A stretch of 64,000 nt of DNA from Camelus dromedarius (taxonomy: Eukaryota). The DNA lies in NCBI RefSeq assembly GCF_036321535.1, contig NC_087436.1:22198001-22262000 (forward strand), read 5' to 3'. Below, piece after piece: positions 24,301 to 39,300 of this stretch (position 1 is its first letter; each line of letters starts with the position of its first letter). The translations under genes were made by a program, and so were the position numbers. The notes below the pieces were generated by a model that was not told the DNA's origin, did not search any database, and saw nothing but the letters and a program-made list of their open reading frames with translations.

Positions 24301-27300
24301 GAGATAAACGGTTCACTTGTGTGACGATGCCGTGGTACCTGGAAAGGCCCGGGCAAATGCATGGCATTACATTCGTATTACCGTGGTCTGCATTCTTTTG
24401 TACGACATGTAAATTATATAATCTTATTATGAGGGTCAATGCTACCCCTTGAGATAAATGAAGAAACGGGATAGATCATAAATGTGGATTGCAAATTTTT
24501 TATTTAAAGAATTTGGGTGGATTAGAATAGAACCTGTATTTCACTGAAACACACAGTGTTAACTTTTTGACAAATAATTACCCTTGTATATTAGATCAAG
24601 TGAGAATTTTAGAATTGAGTATCTTTTGAATTCTCATGATTTTCACCTTGTGTTGTGCAAACCCTCTCCCACACCTTGTCCTCAAACTGTCCTCCTTCCC
24701 TCCCTCCGTATTTCCTTGTCTTTTGATTCATTTGGGACCTTCTAGATCACAGGTGCTCCAAATGGGAAGAGAAGTACTACACCCATAGGTCCTAGTGCTC
24801 AGAATCTAGTGGTGGATAAGCATGTGTTAATACGTCGTTACAAACTGTTGTGACCAGGACGGGGAGAGACCAGTGGGAAAAAACAGGCTCTGCTAAAGAG
24901 ACTCCAGCTCAAAAGTTTAAACACAGAAACTTCTCATGATGGGGAAAGAAGGCAGAGAGTGGGAAACTTAGTGAGCTGGGGAGGTTTCCGGGGCACTGCT
25001 CAGTTCAGTGGGTGTGAGCGAGCCCCTGATCTGCCGGGGTCACTCACTGTGCGTGTCCCGGGGACACAGAGGTGAACCGCCCAAGGCTGCAAGGGCTCCA
25101 CTGCCTGTTCAGGGCTCTAAAAAGACAAATGGCAATGACATTGCAGTTTAGGGTTACACATGGGGTAAAGCAGGAGTCTGGTGGTCACGCAGGGCTTCCA
25201 GAAGTAATTCCTAGGATGTAAATGTGAACAGAAGTTGACAGCTTGAGAAAGAGGATGAGGTGGCCTTTAGACTGGAGCACATTAGGTGACAGATGGAGAG
25301 AGAGCTTTGGAGTGTGTGTGTGTCTGTGTGTGTGTTAATTAGTGTTGTTTTTGTTTCAAAAGTGGTGAAATTGAACATGTTTATCCTCCAAAAGCCATCT
25401 GAGAGGCTGAGAGGCAGAGAGGCAATGACTGATAGAAAGAAATCCTAACAGAGAAAAGATGACCAATTTTAGGAGGCAGGAGGAGAAGAGTCCTGGGCAG
25501 AAGGGTGCCCTTCTGCCAAGACTGAAGGGAGGGTGTGAACATGGACTTAACTTTTGTGAGGGTGAATAGGGCTGGATGAATTCTTTGTTCTTTGTTTAAA
25601 ATATTTTTTTTCTCCAGTTTTGTTGCGATATAACTGACATATAACTGTGTATTAGTTTAAGATGTACAGCAATGATTATAAATATATAATATATACATAG
25701 AAGTAATATGGTAATGTAATATATAGTGGTGATGTAGAAATAATCACCACAGTAAATTTAGTTAACATCCATCACCCCACACAGTTACAGTTTTATTTTT
25801 TAGGATGAAAACTTTGAGACCCATTCTCTTAGCAGCTTTCAAATATACAATGTAGTATTGTTGACTATAGTCACAATGTTGTGCGTTACATCCCTAGGAT
25901 TTATTTATCTTATACCTGGAAATTAGTACCTTTTGACTGCCTTCACCCATTTTGTCTCCCCTTCCTTGCCTATGGCAACCACCATTCAACTGTTTCCATG
26001 AGTTTTTGTTTTGTTTTATTTTGTTTAGATTCCACATGTAAGTGAGATCATACAGTATTTGTCTTTCTCTGACTGACTTATTTCACTTAGCATAATGCCC
26101 TCAAGACCCACCCATGTTGGTGCAAATGACAGAATTTCCTTCTTTTTTATGGCTGAATTGTATATATTTATATTTGCCACCTTTTTTATTCATACATCTG
26201 TTGATGGACACAGATTATTTCCATATCTTAAGTATGGTGAATAATGCTGCAGTGAACACGGGGGTGCAGATATTGCTTTGAGATGGTGATTTTGTTTCCT
26301 TCTGATACATACCCAGAAGAGGAATTGCTGGATCACGTGATAGTTCTATTTTTAATTTTTGGAGGAACCTCTCTACTATTTTCCACGTTGGCTTCACCAA
26401 TTAACATTCCTACCAACAGTGCACAAGGCTTCCTTTTCCTCACATCCTCTGCCGCACTTGTTGTCTGCTGTCTTTGACGACAGCCATTCTAACAAATGTG
26501 GGGTGTGTCTCATTGTGGTGTTGGTTTGCACTTCCCTGGGGATGAGTGATGTCGAGCACCTTTTCATGTCTTCCTTGGAAAAATGTCTATCTAGCTCCTC
26601 TGCCTATTTTTTAATTGTGTGGGTTTTTTTTGTTTTGTTGTGTTTATTTTATTCAATTTTTTCTGCTATTATGTTGTATGAGTTCTTTATGTATTTTGAA
26701 TATTAACTTGAATGGCTTCTTTTATCATTAAAGTAGAATCGTGTGCAAAGAGAAGGGAGCAGTGAGGATGGGCTGAGAAGAGTGGTGAAAGTTTCAAAGA
26801 GGCGCAACAACAACAAAAAAAGATAGTGTTGCATATTAACGACATTTGAAAAAAATGGGAAATCCCAGTCCTTTGAGAGGGCTAGCCAAGATTCCAGTAG
26901 GAGTCTGCATGGATGTTGGCTCACCTTCGGTTGTTCTCTTGGGAATACCTTGGTAGGAAAAAGTCTGCCTGGTATTTTTTTTCCAGTTGATGCAGGAGTG
27001 CCTTCTCAATTTCTCTGGTTCTTTTGGTTTCCTTCAAAGGGAAAAAGGGTAGGGTAATAATGATCTACGTCTTCCTCTCCTTTGGTGTAACTGCTGAGTT
27101 TTCTCCAGAACCCACTGTTTCTAGAAAGCATATAAATACTATGATAAATTGACCACGGTTACAAGGAAACTCTTGCTCACTCAAAGTTACTTCTAACTCT
27201 CTTCTCCTAATATAATTTTACTCTATTTGCAAACAATAACCAAGTTTGATTGTTATATAGCATTTTTATTGATTTTTCTTAGCAACCACTTTCTTTTACA

Positions 27301-30300
27301 AAGATCCCTGTGCCAAGAGATGGAAATCCTTTATTTAAAATTTAAAAATCACCAAAGGCACAACCATTTAACGTTGTTTTCAATGTTAAACTTTCATTGT
27401 TTAATTTTGAAAAGTTCAATAAATCCCAAGAAAATGTGGCTAATTGGAAATACCTTCAGAGGCTGTGCTATTAAATGAATTGGAAACATAATTTGTGTAC
27501 TGCTTTTCTTAGTTAATTAGGTGTTAGAAAAGTTTCGGCACTGATTACAAGTCTAGTCAACTTCCTGAAATAATTCAGTGTTTAAGCTAATTTAATTGGT
27601 TTTCTGTGATATCATACAAAAATATTCTCTGATCACGTAGGTTGGTTTAAGTTTGCCCATAAGATTACAATAGCTCCATTTTTTAAAAATCTGTTTTATT
27701 TAATTTCTGGTAGTGATGTAGTTTTAACAGTTTTAACTAACTTGAACAGCAGCAATTAGCTTCTCATAATAAAGATTTGGAAAGTAAATACATATGAATA
27801 AATTACTCTCTGTCTACTTAGCTTTGCATGTAAAAACTTTTCTTTTGGAGATCAGGTGATAGAAGAATCTCTATTGACTCTCAGTCAGTATGAGAATGTT
27901 CTTTCTCTGTTCAGTTTGTTTTGTTGGTAAATTTGATGACATCTGAATCTGGATAATAATTATCTAGTCAATATGGAAGAGACTGAAACTAAAATGATCA
28001 CTGATCAAAAATAAAGTCTGTTATTTGCTGAATTTTACTTATTAAATAATTGACAGCTTTAAAGGTTTAATTTTCCTGAAAAGTTAGTAAACAATTGGGC
28101 CCCAAAGGAATATTGGGATTTTATGACAATCTGTGCAAAGAAATAGATGCATACAGCATTCTTCATCTTTCAGCTGGTAAAGATGACATACTGCTTTTCT
28201 TTCTCTCCATCTCTACAACAGATGCTTCCAACAGCTGGGATTCCAAGATTGGTTTGTCCAAAATATGAAAGTATATCATCCAACCAAAGTATTAAATTGA
28301 CCCAGTTTTTGTGGCTTCCAGTAATTATACTATTCTCCAGAACACTGTGATTTAACTTCCACATTACTACACTGACAAGCTGGGGGCTACATCTGCCTAC
28401 CCTTATTCAAAAATTGTTAAAAGGAAAAAGATAAGCTTCTGATGCTTTATATTCCAATCCACTCCAGCAAAGTGCAGAACTAAGAGAACTTATTATTTAA
28501 CCGTATCCCAAACCTATGTTTTGGCTGAACTACATTTCCGTATCAGGCAACATTTCAGCATCCAAATTAGCCAATTAATTCCCTTCTTCATGTTGTAAAT
28601 GTAAATCAAATTTTAAATATTAGTTTCTATTCTTAAGCTAGGAGAACATTTTCTATGACTTATTACAGTAAAATGTGTATATGTCACATAAGCACAATAG
28701 ATGGTCCACATGAATCTGTAAAAACTTCAATAATTTCATAGATTGTAGAAGCAATAGCACAAATTCACAGTGATACTTATGGCAAGCATCCATTTAATAA
28801 AGTCCCCATACAACCTGAAAAAAATAGTGGTTTCTTGGTAACTTAGTATTCCCAGTGATTGTGTTTTGGAGGAAGAATTGTATGAACCACTTTCTGATAT
28901 GTTCTTTACCAAATGCTCACAGTTCAGTTTGTACTACACCTTTCTCTCATGAGGTAGAGAACAAATATGAATGTTTCACCTTGATAGGAGTATTAATAGA
29001 GCTATTTGTATTGTTATAATTCATAGCAGTGGGCATATATGGTTGCGACGTATTACTAACTGTTGAGGACAAGACCCATCTAGCCAGGTTCATCCTCCAC
29101 AGGCCATCTGCTGTGGTCTGTATCCTCAACTTCTCTTATCAGTTTCTATCTCCATCTTAGACCTTACCTCTAGGGAAAATAGATCAAGGCATGCATAGTG
29201 CAGAGGCACCAATGCCAACTGATATGCAAAAGCAATTCTCTTCAGTTCTCTGACTGGCTAGAATTATGCCTGTGAAACCACTGACCTGATCTTAATAAGA
29301 AGGAGATAAATCATTCCCATTTTTCAGAGGTAACGAATTCTCTTAGACAACTAGATACTAAACTGTGATTTAACTTTTCTAAACTAATACCTTATGGCTT
29401 AATTACCTGACTCAGTAGAATGTCCACTAAAATATGGCCATTTGTATCCAAATTTTATGTTATAGAGATATATGTATATATACGTATGTATGCATTCAAC
29501 TCCAAAACATTTTTGTATAATAAAGCGCTATTCTTGCATCCCATAATCACACAGCCTCTGAGCACTGAATTAAAATTAGTTGTTTATATGTCTGTTTCTT
29601 CCATGTGTTCATGAACTTTATAAGCTCCTGAAGAGCAAAGACAATGTCATGCTCACTTTGCTGCCCCACAGTTAGCAGAGCCCTTGCACATAAAAGGTGC
29701 CCAATACTGATTTGTAGAATAGATTAATGAATTTGAAATTTGCCCTCAAATTATTGTGCTTGTTTACCTTCTTATTTTGAAACACATAATATTTAAATTT
29801 AATATAACTCTGCACTATGTTAGGGGCAAATTTTCCTCCAATAGAATTCTTGATCTTTTTTGAGGAATTTTTTTGTTTCTCTCTTCCAACCAAAATTACC
29901 CAGTTAAATCTCTCTCTCCTTAGTGCATATTTCCCAGAGTCATAACCAACTCTGAGGTGACTATTCAAGTCCTCTTCACAATTCTCTCCAAACATAGAAA
30001 GCGATAAAGTTCATGATGGACACAGAACATTGGAAAGGACCAAATTTAGGAACATGACGAGTTAAGGCCTCCAGTAGCTCCTAGAAACCCCGTGGTGGCG
30101 ATTTGTCTTTTAGTTGATTATACATGTGCAGGTTACAGAAATCCTGGTTACACAGAAGTAATTTCAGATATTTCCCAGCAAATATAAATTGGAAGCAACT
30201 ATTTTACCTTTGTCCCAGCTTTGTCTTTTTCATCTGTGAGTCACACACAATAAGGTTGTGTGGTTTTGTTAATCTTATAATGAGGAGGGGACATTGAAAG

Positions 30301-33300
30301 CATCCACTCTCCCCATCAGAAAGGACAGACAAAGACAGGGAGAATTTAGGCCAGTTGTTCCCTGTGTGGCAACGGCAAGTGTTCTGTCATCTGTTTTCCT
30401 GATGTATGGGGAACATTCCTGAACTTCTCCAGTCCATTTCACCCAGGAGAAATGTGCTCTGCATACTTATCTGATATTAAAGTCCACAAAAGGTGATTAA
30501 GCCAAGTTCATGACTGTCCATTAAAGTGCACAAATGTTCTATTAAAGAAAAGAAACCCCAGATGAGATCTTTATGTGCATGCATATTCATGAAATCCTGC
30601 CCGTTTCTCGATTTTCCCACATGCAGTTAATACACTCACCTTCAGCCCCCTGTTTTATAGCACCTAATATACATCCTACTTCAATGTATATTTTATGTTT
30701 ATTTAAGTAATGGTGATTTTCCTATGGTTTCCTATTGGAGACCATCGTCTCCCTTGGATACTTCCCTGACTCTGACAATGCCTTGTTGAGCGTCAGGTAT
30801 TTTGCTGTGCAAACTGCATACACACATTTTTGAAATTTATGATTACATTTAAATCAAGTGCCCTCAAACTTTAATACATTCTAATGTGAATAGTGAGATA
30901 TTATTTCCTAAGTAATTTTTGAATACCCCAAATGTAATGAATAGTTAAAAGAAATACTGAGGTCTATAGAGGCAGACTATTGATTTGATTTATCAGGGTA
31001 CCTTCAGTTAAAAAAAAAATCAATCCTGGAACTTGGCTGTGTGTAGCACACTCACTGATAATGTCATATAATTCAGCCAGTTGTGCAACTATCTGATGGT
31101 GCAAAGATAACATCCAGTTACCAATTGAAAATTACAAGCTTTAGTGAATCACTGACATTCTTTGGCTTATTATTAAACAAAAGCTTTATTTCATATTTCA
31201 CAGAATTGAAAGTTTTAGCATGATGAGACATATATTACAGTGAACTGAGCCACACAGAATGTGAGCTTAGTTCTAACTTCAATTTGAAGATGCATGTGGT
31301 AATACTTCTTATAGTTGTATCTTAATTTATTTTTACTACCAGGTAGCAGGCTGTTAAGTCAATCAACAGATGTTAATTAAGCATCAGTGATGTGCAGCAA
31401 TGCTATAGGTAATTGGGGGAAAACAAATTAAGTATAAAATATGGATCCTGACCTCAACAGCCATATAATCTAATTCAAATGAATGGCCAACACTTGTAAA
31501 CATAAGCAGATATTCTGAAAGACATTCCCAGAATGGAGGTGGTTATGTGATACACATTAAAAATGTCAAAGGATTCAGAGAGAAGTTATATGAGGGTTGG
31601 AGAAGATGAGAAAATTATCCTTTGTTTTTTTCCTTCCTTCATTTATTCATTCTTTTGTTTATCTATCACCTGATAAGTACTAGGGCCTGAGAATAAAAGG
31701 ATTAATAAAAAATCAGAAATAAAAAATATGTTAAGCAAAGAGAGTAACAAGAACAGTTCTTGGAGATGGTGAGACTTGAAGGGATGAGAATTTGGATTGA
31801 TGGAAGGGAAGGGAGAAGGCACTCTAAGCACGAAAAGCAGCTTGTGTCAAGTTAGAAATATTGGTTCCTCCAAGGTTTCCTTCATTTCTTTGATTTTCAG
31901 CACTGAGCAGGCAGATGGCAGATGCCTAGAAAATATATGTTGAGCTAATTAGTAGCATGTTGCTAGGACAGCAAGGAGACTGACCTGGATGAAGTTTCCT
32001 TTTGAAGACTAACAAGAAATACGGAGAATTATCTAGGTTGAACCAACTACAGAGATGCCTCTAGGCTGAGAGAAGAACGAATGCCTGCTGCAGTGCTAAG
32101 ACTGCTTTTGGTCAGAGGAGTGATGCATGACTGTGAAGGTTAAGAGGAAGGCATGGCTGTCATGTGCAGACCTCATTGTGTGAGAGCTAACAGATAGGTC
32201 TGGGCAAGATCCACCAGGGGACTGTGGAGAAGCCACTGCTGGAGAAACAGTGGCTGACCACCTGAATCCACTTGTGTGACTAGGGACTGAATTTCAGGGT
32301 GAGGCCAGCCGTGTGGTTACTGGAAAATGAAGCTCTGGGATTTTTACATGGGTAGGTAGGTAAAGTTAAGCAGGAGGATCAATAGGAAGTCAAGGTTGGG
32401 GAATTTCACTTAATTCTGATGGATGCCGCATGTCTGGCTGTTTTTAGTGGACATGATGTGTGTGTGTTTATATGTGAATGTGCACGTGTGTTTGTGTTAT
32501 GTAGCTTGGGCCATACACGTGCCAGTTTGTACCATAAAGTATCTTAAGTGCAACTCCTTTCACCTAACAGTCTGGGTAAAGTTAGGGTTCAGAGAGAAGA
32601 GCTATCAAGCTATGGAAAGAACAAAGGTTTGCTGTGTGGAGGAACTAGGCCAGTATAATGCAGCTTGTTCTCAGTCAGCCCAAGGATAAACTGAAGCTTC
32701 TCTTTAGAGATGAGATTGGCCTTGTTAATTTACTGGCTGATTCTAATCAAAGGGCTTGGAAATTGGTAGTGACAAGTGGGAAATTGTGCATGGAGAGAAA
32801 GATACAACAGGGCCCCCATTTCAGTTCTGGTTTTGTCTTCACATTCTTTCTGATCAAAAGGTGTCCCTAGAAAAGTTGAGCAGCTTACATTACCTAACTC
32901 TTTTTTTCTCTAAGTTAACTGCTGATCTAAAGCAGTCAGTATTTCTCTTGATGCCTCCAAGCTCATAAATGTGTGGCATGCTGAGTAAGCAACGTGTTCC
33001 CTGCCCTCGTGGCTCACTCTGCCAGGTGTCATGTCCCCCTGGCTACTCAGCTCCATCCATCAGATATGTGCACCTATTGCCACTGGGTTTGACCTGCATG
33101 TTAACGTAGGTCCTAACCCAGAAATAAATAAGAGCCAAGATCAACACCCGACTCAGAATGGAATAATTATTGCCGCTAGTTCCCCACTGACTTTTGCCCT
33201 CATTGCTGAGCAACACTTGAGAGCCACTTCACTTTCAATACGCTGGGTTGTCTGAAGACTCTGTGAAGGTCAAGTGCACCATAAGGTTCCATTTAATAAA

Positions 33301-36300
33301 GGTTAGTCTTTAATCCACCAATTTTCCATCACTTCCTTCACTAGCCAGATAATGGCTGCTATTTCTAGGTGGGAGGATTCTATTTTTCTGATAGGTTGCT
33401 GTTGTGTTGTTTTATTTTGTTGTCATTTTGTTTTGTTGCTAAAAGTCTCATGGAGCTGAGGGGCTAAACAGAATCTGGAGGCTGATCGTACTTGCATGGC
33501 CTGAAAAGGGGCAGGTTTGGGGGGCTGGAAGCACCAGGTACTGTAGCTACATTCTTGCGCATCCATGCCCGTTGTCATCTCCTCCCTAAGCAGCATTTCC
33601 TCTTCATATTCTGTCTGAAACAGATTGTGGGGTTTTAGTAAGGAAGAAAGTGGAGTGGGCCCCACCATACCACCATACCAGCAATCAAACAAAATGAATC
33701 TTCCTTGTGAATAAAAATCATCGGAATTAAGAATAGATTTTTGTTGATTATTTTCCTCTGTGTGTACATTTTCACAGAGATATTATGGAAAGTGGCTTGC
33801 TTTAGAGAGAAATCAGATATTCAACATATATCTTCAAGAATCTTGGCCTACCCAATTTTAGCCTCCTAGCACCAACATAATTATCTTGGCTAGGAATTAA
33901 TAATAATTCATAATTACCTTCTAGCAATTGAATGATCACCTTTCTTCCCTGAAACTCACCCCCTGTTTTATATCCCAGTCATAGGAATGGATATGGGGCC
34001 TTGATGCTGACACTGTCCTCTGTTAATATTGGCCACTTATGTCCTTTGACCCAAGCTGATTGACCCTTTAGCCGAGTGATTGCTCCATCCTGATTCTATG
34101 ACACCGTTGATTTCAGACTTGAGGGCACACAGGACCAGCCTGTCCTTTTCATAGAGTCATCTCTTAGTCCAGGACCTGACACTGGGCTCATTCCTAAGTC
34201 TCAGATAGCTAACACCTAACCTTGCTCCTGTGAGGTAACACACACCTTCCCCTTGCCCTCCTGGGCTGCCTCTCCCCGCCTTCTTCTGTCTAGCTTGTCC
34301 CCAAAGTTCTGGTAGTCTCATGAAGAGGAATCCCTACTGTGTGTACCAGAACTTGTGAGAAATCATAGGGGAAGAATCAAGCCTTTGGAATCAAATGGAA
34401 ATTTCTAGTCTAGTTATACCATTTTAATGTTGAATATCAGTCAATATCTCTTAGCTGAATTCTCCTCATCTTTAAAGATGGAGTTAATACTATGGACCCA
34501 ATGGGTTGGTTTTTGAAGGTTAAATTAGCTAATGTTCACATACTAGGTGAACATGAACAGAAACCCTCAGTCTGTCTCTGGGTTGGAGACCTCTCTCTCC
34601 CCCTCCCTCCTTTGCCCACCCCTCTCTGCCTTTCTTCCAGTCCCCACGCTGTGCGGTGAGGATACAGCCCTCAAATAACTCATAGTCTAGTATTAGAGTC
34701 AGAAATGTTAATCAGTAACGTTAATCTACTTTGTCGATGCCGTGAAAGAGAAGGAAGGAGTGTCAGTGTTGTTTCATCACCAGTGAGGCAGGGTCTCCTC
34801 CCCAGAAGCTCAAGACCAGATTGAGTCTGCTGGGGGTCTGCTGCTGAGTGTGCCTTTGATAAAGAATTCAATTATGCATGTATTACTATTGCATAAGAAA
34901 CTCACCCCCAACAACGTGCTCCCAGTTTGTGTGTCCTCCAAGCATTTTAATGACTTAAATGTTTTTCGACTGTTTACCACATAATCCGTCACTATATGGT
35001 TGTTGATCTTGGTCATTGAACACACTCAGCTTTGCTCCTCAAGCCAAGCAAGATCTCTCTACTGATGGCAAAGGTTACTTTTTATCCCAGTGGAATCCTG
35101 CTACCCGAAGTATCTGTGAAGGAAGAAGAACAATGTATAGGTGTAGAACATAAAACCATCCTTTTATATACCCTTCTGTTCAAACTCTTCAAAGATGTGA
35201 TTAAGAGCAGTTGATCCATCCCTTACATGCCTTTACATAAGAAAGACAGCCTGCAATTCTACGTATCTTTTGTCAAAATATAAAATTTCCTCTTAATATG
35301 GGCAGCAGGAAGAGGGTTGAAAATGTAGTTCATGTACAAAGTTAATCTGGAAAATTAAGAGCAATTCTCTTCCCCTTTTCCCCTCAATAGCAGAGTTTAT
35401 TCCCCATATTAGCTGGAAAGTTGCTTTATTTTTCAGTTTAGTAGCCTGAGAGGTGCAGTTGGTGATGGCGATTAAGACATATTCACAATGGGGGCCGTTC
35501 CATTTGATATTATGGTCTGGAATATAAGCTTCTCAGCAAATTCCAATTTGAATGATGTCAGGACCTCAGTTTGCTTATTTTTCTTCAGCCTTTCCTCCTC
35601 CGAGAGGTGAGCTTTTTAGGTCTCACGGTTCATGGCTCAGAGGTGTCTCCAGCTCACCTTCTCAGACAACAGGCAGATGATTTAATCTATGGATATGATT
35701 GCTGTTAACTAAAAGCAGAAGGAAAGTGCTTGCAATCCCTTGGGGGAGGGAAGAGATCTGCTTTTAGGGGAAAAATTGTTAGGGTTATTTGTGATTAATT
35801 TACACCCAAGATTACAAGGTGATGGAAAGCAAATTTAATTCATTTAGGAAAGCCAGAAAGGAAAGGATGTGATTTTGCCAAATTGTAATAATTTTACTAA
35901 GCACTTTTATAGAAACCATGTTATTTCACTCCCACTGAAGCATGGTGAGGTAGGTAGGGCAAAGAATTATCATTCTAAACTGTAGATGAACCAGCTGTGG
36001 GTTACTAGAAATGAAGTGTTTTTCCCAAGGTATCATAGGTCGTGTGTCACATAGGCAGACCTCAAACTTAACCTTTTGTAACTTTGAATGCGCTATTTTT
36101 CTACTAAACCCGCTTTCCCGCTCAGCTATTATGCATGTCTGCACGGTCCCAGATTTGTGTTAATGTGGTTGAATTATTCAGGCAACTTAGTCTTTACAAG
36201 ACAACCATCAAATAATCTAAATTCAAATACAGTTCTTTCTTCCTACCCAAAATTAGTTTATATGTTTATAAACTAACAAAATTAACTTAGATAAAAAAAA

Positions 36301-39300
36301 CATTTGGGTAAAAAAATATATAAACCACTAAGAAAGTAGTATAATTGCATATTGTCTTTGCACTATGTGCTATTCCAGGAGCCTGAAATAGCTCTATTAC
36401 AGAGAAAGCACGTACTGCAAGATTTCTTTATGGCAAGATGCAGGAAAAGCACTGAAAATCCATTTGGATCATATGCACTGGCATATTAGAGATGGTTCTC
36501 CAGAAAAGTAGAGCCAATAGGATATTATTTATTATAAATATGTGTACACACACATATATATATGAAGAGATTTATTATAAAGAATTAAGTCACACAATTT
36601 TGGAGACTGAGAAGTGGCATGATCTGCCGTCTGCAAGCTGGAGACCCAGGAAAGCTGAAGGTGTTGTTCAGTGTGAATCTGAGGTCCTGAGAACCAGGAG
36701 AGCCAATGGTGTAGATTCCAGTCCGGCTCTAAAAGCCTGAGAATCAGGAGCACTGAGGGCAGGGGAAGGTTGATGTCTTACCTCAAGCAATCAAGCAGAA
36801 AGGGTCAAATTTCTCCTTCCTCTACCTTTTTGTTCTATGCAGGCTCTCAATGGATTAGATGATGTTCACCCTCATTTGTGGGGTGGGGGACAAAGTGCTT
36901 TATTGAATCCACCAATTCAAATGATAGTTTTATCTAGAAATGCTCTCATAGACACACCCATAAAAAATAACGTTTGGCCAAACATCTGGTCACCCTGTGA
37001 TCCCATCAAGTTGAGCCGTAAAATAAGCATCACAGATGAAGAGTCAATGCCTCCATCCAAGCGACGGGGGAAGAGAAACAGGAAGGGAAGGCAGGCGTGA
37101 CAGGCCACCATGATGATACCTGAGTTAAAATGTTTATTTAAAAAGATAGGAACTTTATGAATCAAATAATTCGGTGTTACATATTGCCCTTAGCAAAAAT
37201 GGATGCTAATCAGAACGAGGAATATTAGTGACAGAGAGGAACCTTAGGCTTAAATCAACCAAAGTGGTTTCTTAATGTAGATGAAGTACATAATATTGAG
37301 TAGACGTTCTCAGGCTTAGTGTGGTCAGAAGCACCTGAAGAGCCTATCAAGAACTTCAGTGTGGAGTTCCCAATGGTTCTGATTAACTTGGTGCCACCCA
37401 GGGATCTGCATTTTAATTCTCTGGGTCATTCTGTTAGACGTGATCTGAAGTCCACGTTGAAAGAACTTCTAATACCTGGAGCAGTCAAATTCATAGAGTC
37501 AGAAAGTTGAATGATGGTTGCTAGGCACTGAGAGAAGGAAGAATGGGTCTTTCAAGGGTATAAAGTTTCAGTCTGGGAAGATGAACAATCTTGGAGGTGG
37601 ATGGTAGTGACGGCTGCACAACAGTGTCAACGTACTTAATGCCACTGGACCGTACGCTTAAAAGTGGTGAAAATGGTCAGCTTTACGTTATGTGTGTATT
37701 ATCACAATAAAAAGAAAAAGAAGTTTGAATGCAAATGGTGGCCATTCTTTAAAAGTATTGGTGTATCATTGCTTTCTTATTAAGTATTGATGAGGAAAAT
37801 AGATGTCCCCAGTGCAAAATGTCACAATTTGTACTCAATTATGGATTAGTGCTGTGTGGTGGTTCATCGTTGGTTTCTGACAGAGGAAAAATAATGGACT
37901 AAATAAAAAGATTTGTAACACTTAACCTATGCTTTACTAAGAGGAAATAGGCTTCTTGTGTGTCCATAATTTGGCCAAGTTAATGGGGGCGTAAGAGTTA
38001 CTCAGGCTGCATTCTTAGGTTTGCTCCTCTACCTGCTTCTTTCAAATGGGTTTATCTGATTTTGCCTTTTCTTGTTTTTATCATACAACCGTGTAGTGAT
38101 ACTCATGCTCTTTTCAGGACAGGGTGTGGGCCAACGTGGGGAAGAGCCTGAACTGTATCATTGCCATGGTGGATAAACTGATCGAAAGAGATGCCGGTAG
38201 TGAAGGTAGCAGCGGCGGCGGCCAAGATGGAGAAAAGGACCCTTCTTTAGTGGACTCCATCATAACTCATCCAAAGGGTAAGGAATCATTTTTGTTTTCC
38301 AATCACTGACTGAGTAAACAAAATAAGAAAGCCAAGAAAAAATGAGGTAGAAAAAGAGGAGTCACTAGTGCCTTTGATGAAAGTGCTGATAGCATACTTT
38401 CCACTGCTGGCTGGGGTGATGGAAGGCTATTTATCAAATGCATCTTGGTTGTGTTTTCAGAACTGCTTGCAATGCTCTTTTTTTTTTTTTTTTTGCTACA
38501 TTAAAAACCTTCTTGAAAGGAGAACAGTGTTTTCTTTTAAAGAGTCTGACATAGTTTAATCTACTTTTTACACATTCCTCCATAATTGTATTAGGAAGAA
38601 AAACAAGCATCTGCTCTTAAAACCCTTAGAAACTTTGAGGGATAGTGTGTTGCAGTATCTCAAAATAGTTCCTAAAAAGAAGGCAATATGATAAAATGCT
38701 TTTTGCCTCATTCTGAGGAATAATGTTGTGAATTATTTAAAAAATGTATAGGAAGTTTTAGTATCATATAAGAAGAACATGTGTGCATTATTCCAAAGGT
38801 ATATTTTCATATTTTCACAAAGTCTAGACCTTCATAGACACATGTATGGACACACACACACATATGCATGTACATGTGGGTGTCTATGTCATTATAGGTA
38901 GACACATATGTAGACACTTTCAAATATATGACTTATTACAAGGTTCACTAGCAAATACGATCATCATAATTTTCATCACAGTTGTGTCCCTATAAATGGC
39001 TTTTTTTCTTTTCTTTTTTTTTTTTTTTTTTTTTGGTTAATTTGATTAATTTTGACAACAAGAACTAAGACAGATTTCTGCATTTCTTTCTGGTAGTAAG
39101 ACCTGCCATGAGAGTTATCTCAGCCCTCTTTATGGGTATCTCAGGGGTTTGGAAAGAAAAAGAGTGTTGCTCTAACCTCGTCTTCTAAAATCAGCATTTC
39201 CTTTTCCTTTAAGAAAGTAAGTCATAAGAAAATACGGCTGCTTATAAAATTAAATTTGTTTTCTCAATTTGTTTTCCTGATTTTTCATTACGCACGTTTT

